Assembly (NCBI GenBank): GCA_002104905.1
Contig: MCFE01000053.1
Span: 131,721 to 195,720 of the forward strand
From: Basidiobolus meristosporus CBS 931.73
Lineage: Eukaryota; Fungi; Basidiobolomycota
Direction: 5' to 3'
DNA length: 64,000 nt
Positions 49,030-60,959 of the stretch are shown here, in pieces (the first letter of the stretch is position 1; every line of letters starts with the position of its first letter). The notes under the pieces are model-generated. The model was not told the DNA's origin, did no database searches, and saw only the letters and a program-made list of their open reading frames with translations. Position numbers and translations under genes: made by a program.

Positions 49030-52000
49030 ATTCGATATGCTATGTGGATAGTATTATTACAGGGTGCAAAGAGTAGCACTTGGTATGGATATGAGAAGCA
49101 CACTAGGTGATATGGTGATAAAATGTGATAGCCAGATATCACAGAGATTTTTATGAGCAAGGAAGTTAAACTTGGATAGTTTAGGGTGCCTTTGTTAGAA
49201 TAGAGTTGGGTGATTGAAGATACCCGCTTGCGGATGGGTTCACGAAAGGTGTAGAAATAGGAAATAACTGGAAATAACTGAAAACCATGCGTCCTGACAC
49301 CCTTTTATATGTCTTCAGATCCCGACCCAGAAAACTCCGGCAATTCGTGACCATACAAAAATGATTCAACCAGCACATCGTAGATTTCAGCTGGAGTTTG
49401 TCAAAATAAATGAATATAGCAAAATGGGGAGCTAGAAAAAGGAAAAAAGGAAAAAAGATCGGATGAAGTAGATCCAATAGCCATAGTCATCTCCACTAAT
49501 GGCAAGTACGCTTTGCTTGATTAGGAACGTTGTCTTTGTCGATGATTTAGGCTTAAATCCTTAGTCAGAGCGATGGACATCCAAATCAAGAATTTCCCCA
49601 TGATTTCTTGACAAATAAAAATAGATCGAAGGAATCTTTAATCTTCATCATTGCACTGAGAGAAACAGACTAAATTCAGCTTTGTAACCGTGAGTTTTAT
49701 AATTACGAGAATACACACACCATTGGCCGATTACCTTGAAACTATATTAGTTCATGATAAAGCCGGAATCAGGATGTCGGATATTTTACTGGATTTATCA
49801 TTGGACATGGTGTGGTGATCAACACCCTCACTACATCACTGCCATACTGGGGCGGTCTCGGGTAGTCGAGTAGCTAGACAAGTGTCCTAGTATATGTCAC
49901 TTCGGTCACGGAGTTATCCCTCGTTGCCAGTCCTGATCACGCACAACCACAAGGAGCCAATCTTCAAAAAGGAAACGTTATCCAACTTATTCACATGGGC
50001 TTGCCTCGTCTTAGAGTTGATGCCAAGTCAAATAAATTGCTGGGTTCTGGAATCTAGGGTCTCCAAATGGCGTTGACCTCCCAAACTAAATCCTTAACTG
50101 CTGCACTGTGTTCTGGCTCTCACTTGACCTCCGGTTAACATTATCACAAGTCGATCATTTGGTGTGTTGGCTCACCCGATCTCTCCCGGCTTGATCCAGA
50201 AATTAGGTGGATATTGTAATCATGGCCCTCTCTGGCTGAACTTCAGCAACGATCAAGCTCTGGACTGGGTCATGCCATTAAGGTATAAGTTATAGATAGG
50301 TCAGCCATCCACGCTGAGGTTAAATCCGAAGACCATGGGGTTTCATGAGATACAGGGCATGAAGTATCTGTAGAGATTGATTGACGTAACTACAGCGTCT
50401 TATTGTCACCCTGATTCATACCCAAATGAAGCGCGATCCCAATTAATCCCCTTGATTCGACACGTCATAGAGTAGAATATTTATACCGATCAGTGCGACA
50501 AATATCAAGGGTGAGATGGCTCACAAACCACGATAAACGGTAAAAAATTCCGTAAGTGGTTCATCGACTAGTAGCATTTATCCTATTTGAATCTTTTGCC
50601 CTTAAGATATCGTGAATTCCACTGAGATAGGGAGAGACATTGCCATTTATGTACACAGAAGATCTTTCTCTCACTCACGGCTATTAGTCATCCGGGAAGG
50701 AACCGAAAATGCTTATTCAACTAGCATCTTAGATTAGGATTATACAGGATCGCTTGAATTGCTTCCACCCGCCGGAAAGACTTTTCCGGATTTTTTTCAG
50801 AACTTCTGCGTATTCCGATTATATGGGTCCTCATGGACTCTGCCGCGATTGGCTCGGATATAAATCGTTGGTCCCAAGTTTATCCTTGACTGAATTGATA
50901 TCCTGTACTTCGGGTGACCTTGGAAGCTTGTATATTAACATAGGTCAGGGTGGATATAGATTATTACGTTGAATGCTTTGTTTTATTATTATTACGTTGG
51001 ATGCTTTGTTTCATTATGGTCGCAGCTTTGATGTGAAAGGGGCTAAATAATCCTGCTTCTCGGTGGATCCAGGCTCTGGTTGATATGCTCTACTTGTTCA
51101 AATTCTTCGAAAGCTGGGGTAGTGATTGTTTTATGCTCTCTCATGTATTGGGGCTGGTTATTCAGGATCGCGCGGAACCATTGGCTCGTCTGCTCATAAA
51201 TGGTAGTTTGTACGAGATGTTTCAACATACTCCTTCTGATCACTGACTATTTATAAGGTTATTATAAAATTGATTGCATCAATAAAACCCCCTATGCACT
51301 GACTTCAAGTCTGCCGGCATCATCACATATGTGCATGATCCTCCATACTTCACATATGTATACATCGATATGCATTACTGGATTTTGGAAAGATGCTTAT
51401 TAGCAATCGATAGAGCGTTAATAGGACCTATGATGAGTCCAGTAATTGAGGGTTCCTACAGGTTTCCTTGCTTGGAGTCTAGGCCCAAAAATGGTCTTTG
51501 CACTCCCCCTGGCCCTGGATCATCACCGCCCTTACAGGATTTTACTGAGCGTACAAGATACAGCTTGGTAAGTATTTGATTTTACCGCCACGTTAGAACT
51601 TTCTTAAATGCGATGATTGGTAGTGAGCGTTGTAGCTATTTCTGCCAATCAATTATCGGTATTCGGCGAAAACCCTACTGAATATAATTTTCTTGCATTG
51701 AAGTTAACCTTTTGGTGCTTCAATTTAAATATAACTAAGTTATTTTATTGAACCATCACTGCATTGATAAAGAGATGGTTGCTTCATTCCTTAGTTTCTG
51801 CATCCGTTAGGTTTTCTTCAACTCAGTAAATTATAGTGCACCATCTTGATCATTGTATCCTCCTCTAATTACAAGACAGACAGTTGCATTCAGAGTATGA
51901 TATACAGCATTGTTGGGATATTCTCAGAAGCTATTTCATAGCCAATATTTCTGATGGATACCATCAGCATACTGTAGCTCAGCAAAAATCCTCCATGGAT

Positions 52001-52267
52001 AAAATTTATTAAAGGATGTTGTTGAATATAGACATTTCCGCCTCAACCCCCCTGTATATGCCAAGTATGAAGCTCAGATACTATCTTTTCATTAGTTGTG
52101 AGCAATACAATGTTTATCCAAGAGCGGGGTGGAGTTATGGCTCCATTTGAATTTAATTTGGATAGGAGTTATAAGTAAGAATCAAATACAAGTTTGAAAC
52201 TGCTACTATATAAGCAACAGGTTTAGCAATATTTGTTTGAGACTAATATCAAAGGCCAGGTAGATAT

Positions 52268-52611
52268 TGTTGCAAGCTTGTGTAATTACATCTAAATATT
52301 CCATCAACTTGCTTGAATTATAGTCTAGAAATCTTGAAATATTTTGCTCAAATTCCTTGTTGGGGCTTATTTGAAATGTTTTACCAAAATATCAGGTATC
52401 CAGTTCATGAAGACCGGCAGAGTTATCCAAAGGCCTCCAACTTTTGCACACATATTCTTGAGACCTTCCTAAACGTACTTTAAATGTTTATTTTGCCAAG
52501 ACCATGTAAAAGTATACGCACCACTTTTATATTCAATAAATCATTAAGGGAAAACTACATAATCTGCTTGTTCTCCCAATCACTGCCAATATCTTCAAAA
52601 TGCTTACAACA
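52268..52611 (+). mobile_element. Diverged solo LTR of the Copia family with 5-bp TSD GATAT
   Basis: GATAT|TGTTGCAAG..TTACAACA|GATAT; homologous to the Copia LTR. Confidence 0.9.
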
Positions 52612-53652
52612 GATATTACTATAAGGCTTGTTGGGAACTTTAGAAAATATAAGCCATATCTAATTCTGTTGAGATTTATGACATTTGGTTATTGCTAGTG
52701 ATTGCATCGATATCAAAAAACACAAACAGTTAGGCCTCAAATTATGAGCAAGTTGGTGAGACATAAACCATCAAGCCAGCTTCCTAAGATGTCAAGCACT
52801 ACACAACTGCGATGATATGGTTGTTGCGATAGAAGAATCCTACCCTACTTCGAATCAATGACCTGCCAACAAACCTCACGGGCACCAATAATGCACCCTA
52901 TACTTATTTGCGCATGTCATCTAGTGAGTAATATTGCAGCTTTGGTAACATACAGTGAGCATTACGTATTTTACATCCACATTAACCATAGTGGATTAGA
53001 AATTAATTAGTAGGACAATATACTCAAATAGGACAGGAAGGTTCACACGGTAGCTGTTTATCCGGGCATTGGCAACACTGACCTTTGACGAGATGCACAA
53101 GAACCGCCTAATTTACCGAACGCTTAGCATATTTTATATCTTCGATGGTGATGTCGCAATTGAATACCAAGCTGGATACTAGTTACACGATACTCTTACA
53201 AAGAATCCTGTTTCGGGGCAAACCTGTATAATGTTAATCATAAAGTTTCTGAGGTGCGCCTTTTATGTCTTTCTCCACGCAGTAGTCCGAGGTACCGGCC
53301 AATAAAGCCCAGAGAATATTTATGATACTGGAGATAACAGATTACCTTCTACACCAAGGCGGGAAAGATCATGAGAATCAGAAGTTATCTAGTTAACATT
53401 TTAAGTAATTTTCATGGACTTGTACAACAGTCAACGTTTCAAAGCGAGAGAATTTAGAAGATTAAACTTAATAAGCAAAGTAGGTCATGCGCATTAGGTA
53501 TTAAGCTTAGTTCCACTACGGGTAAGAGACTAATAAGCAGTCACCATTTGGTTTCAAACCATCTAGTGTTGTTGCGATGTCGGAGATTTTCCGTAGAGTT
53601 GATGTTTCCTATAAATTCTGCTCTCGTTTCTTTTGCTTCTTATCATTCCAAC

Positions 53653-55528
53653 ATGACTGGTGATAGTTTCTCTGGTGTAAAAGGTGGTGTTCAGATAGAA
53701 AAGGGATTCAACGGTGGCTTTTCCCCCGATCCTGCCGCTGAAAAGGCGTTGGTAAGGAAGTTAGACAAGCGTCTGATTCCATTTCTTTCCTTGCTTTACC
53801 TCTGCTCTTTCCTGGACCGGGTCAATATCGGTATTGTTATGCTGTATGATAGCAAAAATGGCGTCCGAAGTTCTCATAGTACTCTTCTAGGTAACGCAAA
53901 ATTGGCTCACATAGATAAAGATTTGGCTTTGACTGGTGACCAGTTCAACTGGTCTTTATCCATCTTCTTCATCGGTTATGTAAGTGAATGAGCTTGTATG
54001 TAATTCAGCAATATCCTAACTCTGATTTCACCATAGGTTTTATTTGAAGTGTATGTATTTCTCATCCTCACCGAGCACATGGCCTTCGGGTAATAACTCT
54101 GCTCCCTACATAGGCCATCAAATATTATGTTGAAAAAAATCGGCCCTTCAAGATGGATTCCAATTGTTATGATCGCATGGTCGGTCGTTATGATATGCAT
54201 GGCCGCAGTGAGCAATGCCACAGGCTTGTTGGCATCGCGGTTCTTTTTGGGTTTAGCTGAAGGTGGGTATTCTATTCCGCGCATAATCATGGCTTGCAAC
54301 ACTAACACCATACAGCTGGGCTATTCCCTGGTGTTATCTTCTATTTGTCGTTGTGGTACACCAGACACGAGCAGGCCCTTCGGATTGCCCTGTTCTTTGG
54401 TGCTGCAACAATAGCCGGTGCATTTGGTGGTGTTCTAGCTTATGGAATTATTCAGATGTCTGGCTTGCGAAACCTAACTGGCTGGCAGTGGATTTTCATC
54501 ATCGAGTATGCTCATATCAATTGCAATTCAACCTGATGCCAATTAACACGCTATTCTCAGAGGGTTACCCAGCCTTTTACTCGCGTTTGTGTCCTACTTT
54601 TATCTACCCGATTTCCCTGAAAGTGCTTCTTTCCTTACTCAAGAGGAGCGCGAGCTACTATTGGCGCGCCTCAAGCACGATGCTGGAGTTGCTTCTGAAA
54701 CCGAATTCTCCTGGAAACAGTTCAAGGATGCATTTATCGACTGGAAAATCTACATGCATATGATTGTTTATATCGCTGCTTCTACCCCACTCTACAGCTT
54801 GAGCTTGTTCTTGCCCAGTATCGTAAATGGGATGGGATTCACTGATCTAACGGCCCAGCTGATGTCTGCACCACCATACGCAGTCGCTTGTGTTTTCACC
54901 ATTGTCGTATCTTTCCACGCTGATTATAGAAAGGAGCGCGGGCTCCATATTGCTTTCTGGATGTTCATAGGGATGATCGGCTATATGCTACTAATTATTC
55001 TCCGCCATCGCGGATCCACGGCACTATACATCGCGGCAATCATTACTACCACTGGAGTGTTCGCCAACATCCCTAGTATGTTGTCGTGGTTCACCAATAA
55101 CATTGGCGGTCATACCAAGAGGGGCGTGGCTTCTGCTCTGATTATATCCTTCGGCAATATCGGAGGAGCTCTTGGCGGTCAGGTAAGTGCCCACCGCATT
55201 GCATTAGTAACAACCTCGACTTACCCTTGGGTAAACAGATATATAGAGCTGACGACGCCCCGTTCTATCCACGTGGCCACGCTATCTGCTTAGGATGTAT
55301 GGCATTAGGTTGGGTATCAGCATTAGTATTCAAATGGCTCTTGATGAGAGAGAATCGGCGACGCGATAATCTCAGTCCTGAACAGTACGAAATTGAATCT
55401 AATCAGGTCGAGCCAGCTGACTGGGTAAGTTGAAATTAGTGATTGATGGTGCTAGCTTTCATGTACTAAGGCTTGTTGGGTCATTTTCGTTAATCTTATA
55501 GCACCCTGGCTTCCGCTACATATCTTGA
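53653..55528 (+). CDS. MFS transporter, Dal5/Tna1-like, multi-exon
   Basis: LVRKLDKRLIPFLSLLYLCSFLDRVNIG|NAK..VLFEVPSN..RFFLGLAE..AGAFGGVLAYGI..GHTKRGVASALIISFGNIGG..HPGFRYIS*. Confidence 0.92.
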
Positions 55529-56199
55529 AAACCCCAATACATGTAAGCTTGTTGGTACACTTGCTTTGATTTTATATCGTAATAACCACACATGTAAATA
55601 TGTTAAATGTGGGGAAATTCCATTCAATTAAATCATACAGTTAGTAGCATAACTCTATATTCTTTCCCAAAACGGTGTAGGAAAATGTGCCCGGCGAGTA
55701 CTCACTCTCCGAATCAGAGAAACGCTCATTTTCCGATTGCAAATACACTCTGCGAATGTCAGGCTATTCTTCAGATTTTGCAAACCAAAATACTTTGTAA
55801 CAAAGTAGGCTGCCATATCAGTTCCTGCACTGACCCCTGAGGATATAATATACTCTCCATCTTGAACCCATCCATTGTCAGGGACTGGGCAGTAAAAAGG
55901 TTAGAATCAGGAATAATATTAGCTAATATGGTCAGAATCAAGAGTAATACTAGTTAACAACACATTGAGTCAACATTGGCCTAACCATCTTGTTGGTGGT
56001 TGCGCGTAAGCCATTCAGTAGCTCAGCTTTTGCAAGCAACCTGCTACCTGTGCATATAATTTATATTACCTTGGCCTTCATATCATTACGTTTGATAAAT
56101 TTAACTATAGTGGAGTTGGCCATTTCATATTGACAATACCCCCCCGAAATGAATAGATCCTCAAACTTGGGATGATTTTTGAATCCATAGTCCACTTTC

Positions 56200-56528
56200 T
56201 GTTGTAAAAATTTGTAATTCCACCTAAATATTCACCTAACTTAGTCACTTGGATCATTACCTTCAAATCCTAGAGAATACTGACCAAATTCCCTGTTGGG
56301 ACTTATCTAATTTTCATGTTCTGGGTAAATATTCTAAGTTGTCCAAACAGCCCCAGACTTTGCACACATGTTCTTGGGACCTTTCTAAGCATATTCTATG
56401 TGTTAATACTTGCCAAGACCATGTAAAAGTATAAATACTACTTTTACATTCAATAAAACATTAAGTGAAAACCACATAATCTACTTGTCCTCCCAATCAC
56501 TTCCAATATCTCCAAGACTCTCACAACA
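56200..56528 (+). mobile_element. Solo LTR with 5-bp TSD CTTTC, inverted relative to the adjacent full element; carries an internal micro-inversion
   Basis: CTTTC|TGTTGTAAAA..TCACAACA|CTTTC. Confidence 0.92.
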
Positions 56529-56972
56529 CTTTCCACACTGTGCCTTTATGCTACTTGATTAAACCAGGCTTCTCAGCAATCATATAGGCTTTGGTATAGC
56601 CAAGAATGGTCCAAGGTCCAACTGTTGTAAGAGTCTTGGAGATATTGGAAGTGATTTGGAGAACAAGTAGATTATGTGATTTTCACTTAATGATTTATTG
56701 AATGTAACAGTAGTATTTATACTTTTACATGGTCTTGGCATTGCAAACACGTAGAATAGGTTAAGGAAGGTCCCAAGAACATGTGTGCAAAGTTTGGGGC
56801 TGTTTGGACAACTTTGAGAATTTTCATGTTCTGGGTACCTGGTATTTTGGTGAAAATATTCTAAGTAAATCCCGACAAGGAATTTGGTCAGTATTCTCTA
56901 GGATTTGAAGGTGATGATCTGAGTGACTAAGTTAGGTGAATATTTAGGTGGAAAATACGAATTTTTACAACA

Positions 56973-56981
56973 CTCCCACTC
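56973..56981 (-). other. Polypurine tract (GAGTGGGAG); repeated at 61310-61318
   Basis: Immediately precedes each downstream LTR on the minus strand. Confidence 0.85.
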
Positions 56982-56983
56982 AG

Positions 56984-59900
56984 CTAAATGTTCATACTGA
57001 CTAGTCCTAATTTTGACCTAAGATATTCAAACTTGTCTCTGGCTAATGGTTTGGTAAATATGTCTGCAATCATTTCATCTGTAGGACAGTAAACTAAGCT
57101 AACTAAGTTATTCTCTATAGCTTCACGTATGAAATGATGTCTAATATCTATGTGCTTGGTTCTAGCATGAAAAGTTGGATTTCTACCTAATTGTATACAT
57201 CCTTGATTATCTTGAAATAAAGTAATAGGCGTTTTTTGACATAGGCCTAAATCTGTAAAGAGCTTTCTTAACCACATTGCTTCTTTTGTAGCTTCACAGG
57301 CTGCCATATACTCTGCCTCTGTGGTGGAAAGTGCTACGGTTGGTTGCTTTCTTGAATTCCATGAAATGGCTCCTTTACAGTAAAGAAAGGTGTATCCTGT
57401 GGTGGATCTTCTGTCTTCTAAATTTCGTCCCCAATCAGCATCAGAGTATCCCACAAGATCCTGTTCTGAATCCTTATAAGTGTATCTTAAGCAGATATCA
57501 GCAGTTCCTTTTAGGTATCTAAAAATCCGCTTAACTGCTGCAATATGATCAGATCCATAATTCTGATTATGTTGGCTGACAACTCCCACTGAATATGAGA
57601 TATCTGGACGTGTTCCAAGCATGATATACATCAGACTGCCGACCATAGATTGATAAGGAAAGTCAGGGCTTTCAGATGGCACCAAGCTCTCTTGATTTGG
57701 TTGAGTTTTGACCAAGTTAAGGTTTGTCTCCATTGGGGTAGCTGCCGGTTTACAGTCTTCCATTTGGTACTTCTTTAGTATATCTTGAATATACTTGGAT
57801 TGGCTTAGGGTAATAGTCTGGGTACTTCTGTCTATGGAGAACTTAATCCCTAAGTAGTAACTAAGTTCTCCTAGATCGGACATCTTGAACTCCTTAGATA
57901 GGCTGGATTTAGTCTCTTCCAATGTTTCTAGGTTATTGGCGGCTATAATAAGATCATCCACATATAGAGCTAATAGAACTGGATTTGCTCTATCTGGCTT
58001 ATAGTATATACTATAGTCAGCATTACTCCTTTTGAAACTCAAAGATTCCAAATAAGAATCTATCTTGCAATTCCAGGCTCTCGGTGATTGTTTGAGACCA
58101 TATAGTGACTTTTTAAGCTTGCAGACCAAATGGGGGTTATCTTGGTCAACAAACCCATCAGGCTGGTCCATATACACGTCCTCATCAAGTTCTCCATTCA
58201 AAAATGCAGTTTTTACATCCATTTGATGAATAAAAAACTTATATTTGGCTGCAATAGCCAATATTAATCTGATGGAATTAAACTTGGCTACCGGTGCAAA
58301 GGTCTCAGTATAGTCAAGTCCTTTTGTTTGAGAGTATCCTTTGGCTACAAGTCTTGCTTTGTATCTTTCAATTGTACCATCAGCCTTGTATTTTGTCTTG
58401 AAGACCCATCTGCATCCAATTGATTTTCGGTTGATTGGTAATTTGACTAAGTCCCAAGTTTGATTTTCCATCAGTGCCTGATATTCCTCAGTCATTGCAG
58501 ATCTCCAAAACTTCGTCTGAGGGCTATTTAGGGCCTCTTTTACAGTCTGGGGTTCATCAATATGGACTGAATAGGCATAGGCTAAGTTTGTACCCTCATT
58601 GATATAGTAATTTGGGCTATTTCTTGTCCGATTGGATCTCCGAGCATTTGATACTGGAATGATCACTTCTGGGATATTCCTGGGCACTGATTCTGGCTGA
58701 ACCACGGTTGTAGAGTCCTCTGGAGTGAAAAAATTTTCATTGTTTTGCTCTGATTCAATCCTGACAATTGGTGGACTTGAGATCAAATTTTCGTCATCAT
58801 CTGATGTCATTTTTTGTGAAAATTTTGAATTTTCATCAAACAACACATCCCTGGACTTGATAAGCTTCTTTGCTTCGGTATTGTAGAGTCTGTATGCCTT
58901 ACTCTCATTGCAGTAGCCCAAAAATATGCATTTTACACTTTTTGGCTCAAATTTTGACTGATTTCCGGCCAGTTTTTTGGCATATGCTGTGCACCCAAAT
59001 ATTCTTAGATGTTCTGCACTTGGTCTGTATCCATACCATGCTTCAAATGGAGTAGAATCACGAAGTATTCTGTTATAACTCCTATTTTTAAGGTATACAG
59101 CAGTGGCAACTGATTCCGCCCAAAAATCATAGGATAATTTTTGATCATGGATCATAGATCTTGCCATATCAATTATTGATCTGTTAGCTCGTTCTGCTAC
59201 TCCATTTTGCTGTGGGGAGTATGGTACAGTAGTCTCTTGCTTTATCCCATGAATTTTGCAGAAGTGGATGAAGAGTTTTGAGGTATATTCTCCACCATTG
59301 TCAGAGCGTATTTTCTTGATTTTTTCACCAGTTTCTCTCTCCACCATGGCTTTAAACTCCCTGAGCTTAGACAGAGCTTCTTCCTTTCTCTCCATGAAGT
59401 AGACCCATGTGTATCTTGTATAATCATCAATAAAAGTGATTAAATACTTCATCCCGCCTAAGGATAAATTTTGCATAGGTCCACACAGATCTGAGTGAAT
59501 TAGATCTAATTTTTTCTTAGTTTTGATTAACCCAGAGCTCTTGAACGGTTGTCTGGCTTGTTTCCCATATATGCAGGCTTCACAGTGCTCCAAATTAGCT
59601 GGGGGATCAATTTTCACTCCAGAAATTAGCTGATCTTTGATCATTTTGCGCAAATAATCAAAATTGATGTGTCCAAATCTCCTGTGCCAAAGCATTGGTG
59701 TTTCTTCATTTAAGTTACTTATATTGGCTTCCAGATATGATGGAATATAAGTCAACTTGTATAGGTTCTGATCTCTGATGCCCGAAGCAATATGAGCACC
59801 ATTTTGATCAGTGATCCTGCATCCAGAATTGTCAAAACTGAAACTGAGTCCTTCTGCTGTGGCCTTGCTTACAGAGAGTAGGTTCTTGGCTATTTCTGGT

Positions 59901-60955
59901 ACATAGAGTACTTCTTTAAAGGTCAGTGTATGGCTTCCTTCACTGCTTCTAAGGTTTACTTGGATAGTTCCTTCTCCCACTGCATCAAGTGTTCTATCGT
60001 CACCCATGAAAACCTTCTTAATTGGAATTTCTTGATATTGGGTAAAAAGTTCTTTTTGGTGTGTAAAGTGTTGAGAAGCTCCAGAGTCAATATACCACGT
60101 CTGAGAATCCTTGTTTGTGGTCATATTTAGTGCAGATATGAATAGTCTATCTTCAGTTGTTGCAGCATTTCCATATTCAGGCTTCTTTTGCTGATAATCT
60201 CTCTTTTTGAAACACCGGTCTGATGTGTGTCCTTTCCTTTTGCAGTAGTTGCAAAATAGGTTGCTGTTGCCTTTGTAGGGTCTTGGGTACCTCCTTTGTT
60301 GGTTATCATTGCTTATTAAAGCATTTTCTTCTTCCTTCTTATTGGCGCTTGATTTTCTTAATTCTTCATCCAGGAGCCTTCCATATACGTAATTTAAGGT
60401 CAAATCTTCAGTTCTGGACTCTAGGGCTGATACAAGGCCCTGAAACTCGTCTGTCAGGCTATTCAGGATGGTAACTATCACATCCTCATCAGTAGTTGGT
60501 ACGCCCACAGATTCCATCTCATCTACCAGCAGGGTAATTCTGTTAATTAGATTTTTCATTTCTTCTCCTGGCAGCATCTTTGTAGTAAAGAATTTTCTTC
60601 TCAGATACATTTTCTTGGCAGCTGAACATGACTGGTAGGTGTCTTCTAATGCCTTCCAGGCATTCTTTGCCGTTTTTGCTCTTGAGCATTGAATTAGCAA
60701 TTTGTCCTTGACATTAAGGCAAATGCAGTTAAAGGCACTTTGTTCTTTCTTCTGGTACTTTAAGGCTTCCTCTCCCACGTTTTTAGGAGGGCATTCTTCT
60801 CCCATGACAATATCCCAAAGGCCTCTTTCTTGCAGCAGCATCTTCATCTTCACCTTCCACACTTGGTAGTTAGATCCATCCAACTTTTCAGCAGAGGGAA
60901 AAATTCCAGTAATAGCAGTAGTAGACATTGCAGAGAGTGACAGCTTGGGGCTCAT
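56984..60955 (-). CDS. Copia Gag-Pol polyprotein (Gag zinc knuckle, PR, IN, RT, RNase H), intact
   Basis: CNYCKRKGHTSDRC; WYIDSGASQH; HCEACIYGKQ/HSDLCGP/IRSDNGGEY; LYVDDL; GYSDADW. IN-before-RT order is characteristic of Copia. Confidence 0.97.
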   Translation of the reverse strand: MSPKLSLSAMSTTAITGIFPSAEKLDGSNYQVWKVKMKMLLQERGLWDIVMGEECPPKNVGEEALKYQKKEQSAFNCICLNVKDKLLIQCSRAKTAKNAWKALEDTYQSCSAAKKMYLRRKFFTTKMLPGEEMKNLINRITLLVDEMESVGVPTTDEDVIVTILNSLTDEFQGLVSALESRTEDLTLNYVYGRLLDEELRKSSANKKEEENALISNDNQQRRYPRPYKGNSNLFCNYCKRKGHTSDRCFKKRDYQQKKPEYGNAATTEDRLFISALNMTTNKDSQTWYIDSGASQHFTHQKELFTQYQEIPIKKVFMGDDRTLDAVGEGTIQVNLRSSEGSHTLTFKEVLYVPEIAKNLLSVSKATAEGLSFSFDNSGCRITDQNGAHIASGIRDQNLYKLTYIPSYLEANISNLNEETPMLWHRRFGHINFDYLRKMIKDQLISGVKIDPPANLEHCEACIYGKQARQPFKSSGLIKTKKKLDLIHSDLCGPMQNLSLGGMKYLITFIDDYTRYTWVYFMERKEEALSKLREFKAMVERETGEKIKKIRSDNGGEYTSKLFIHFCKIHGIKQETTVPYSPQQNGVAERANRSIIDMARSMIHDQKLSYDFWAESVATAVYLKNRSYNRILRDSTPFEAWYGYRPSAEHLRIFGCTAYAKKLAGNQSKFEPKSVKCIFLGYCNESKAYRLYNTEAKKLIKSRDVLFDENSKFSQKMTSDDDENLISSPPIVRIESEQNNENFFTPEDSTTVVQPESVPRNIPEVIIPVSNARRSNRTRNSPNYYINEGTNLAYAYSVHIDEPQTVKEALNSPQTKFWRSAMTEEYQALMENQTWDLVKLPINRKSIGCRWVFKTKYKADGTIERYKARLVAKGYSQTKGLDYTETFAPVAKFNSIRLILAIAAKYKFFIHQMDVKTAFLNGELDEDVYMDQPDGFVDQDNPHLVCKLKKSLYGLKQSPRAWNCKIDSYLESLSFKRSNADYSIYYKPDRANPVLLALYVDDLIIAANNLETLEETKSSLSKEFKMSDLGELSYYLGIKFSIDRSTQTITLSQSKYIQDILKKYQMEDCKPAATPMETNLNLVKTQPNQESLVPSESPDFPYQSMVGSLMYIMLGTRPDISYSVGVVSQHNQNYGSDHIAAVKRIFRYLKGTADICLRYTYKDSEQDLVGYSDADWGRNLEDRRSTTGYTFLYCKGAISWNSRKQPTVALSTTEAEYMAACEATKEAMWLRKLFTDLGLCQKTPITLFQDNQGCIQLGRNPTFHARTKHIDIRHHFIREAIENNLVSLVYCPTDEMIADIFTKPLARDKFEYLRSKLGLVSMNI

Positions 60956-60959
60956 AACC
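60948..60959 (-). other. Primer-binding site GGTTATGAGCCC (half-tRNAiMet type), overlapping the gag ATG
   Basis: Directly follows the LTR-terminal CA; complementary to the initiator tRNA anticodon arm GGGCUCAUAACC, as used by copia/Ty5. Confidence 0.85.

Noticed and set aside
50964-51019. ~28-bp imperfect tandem duplication
   Set aside because: Isolated slippage event with no associated feature.
51700-52100. Stop-riddled frame faintly resembling a hAT dimerisation or integrase segment
   Set aside because: Similarity is too weak by eye; it would need a profile search against Dfam/Repbase.
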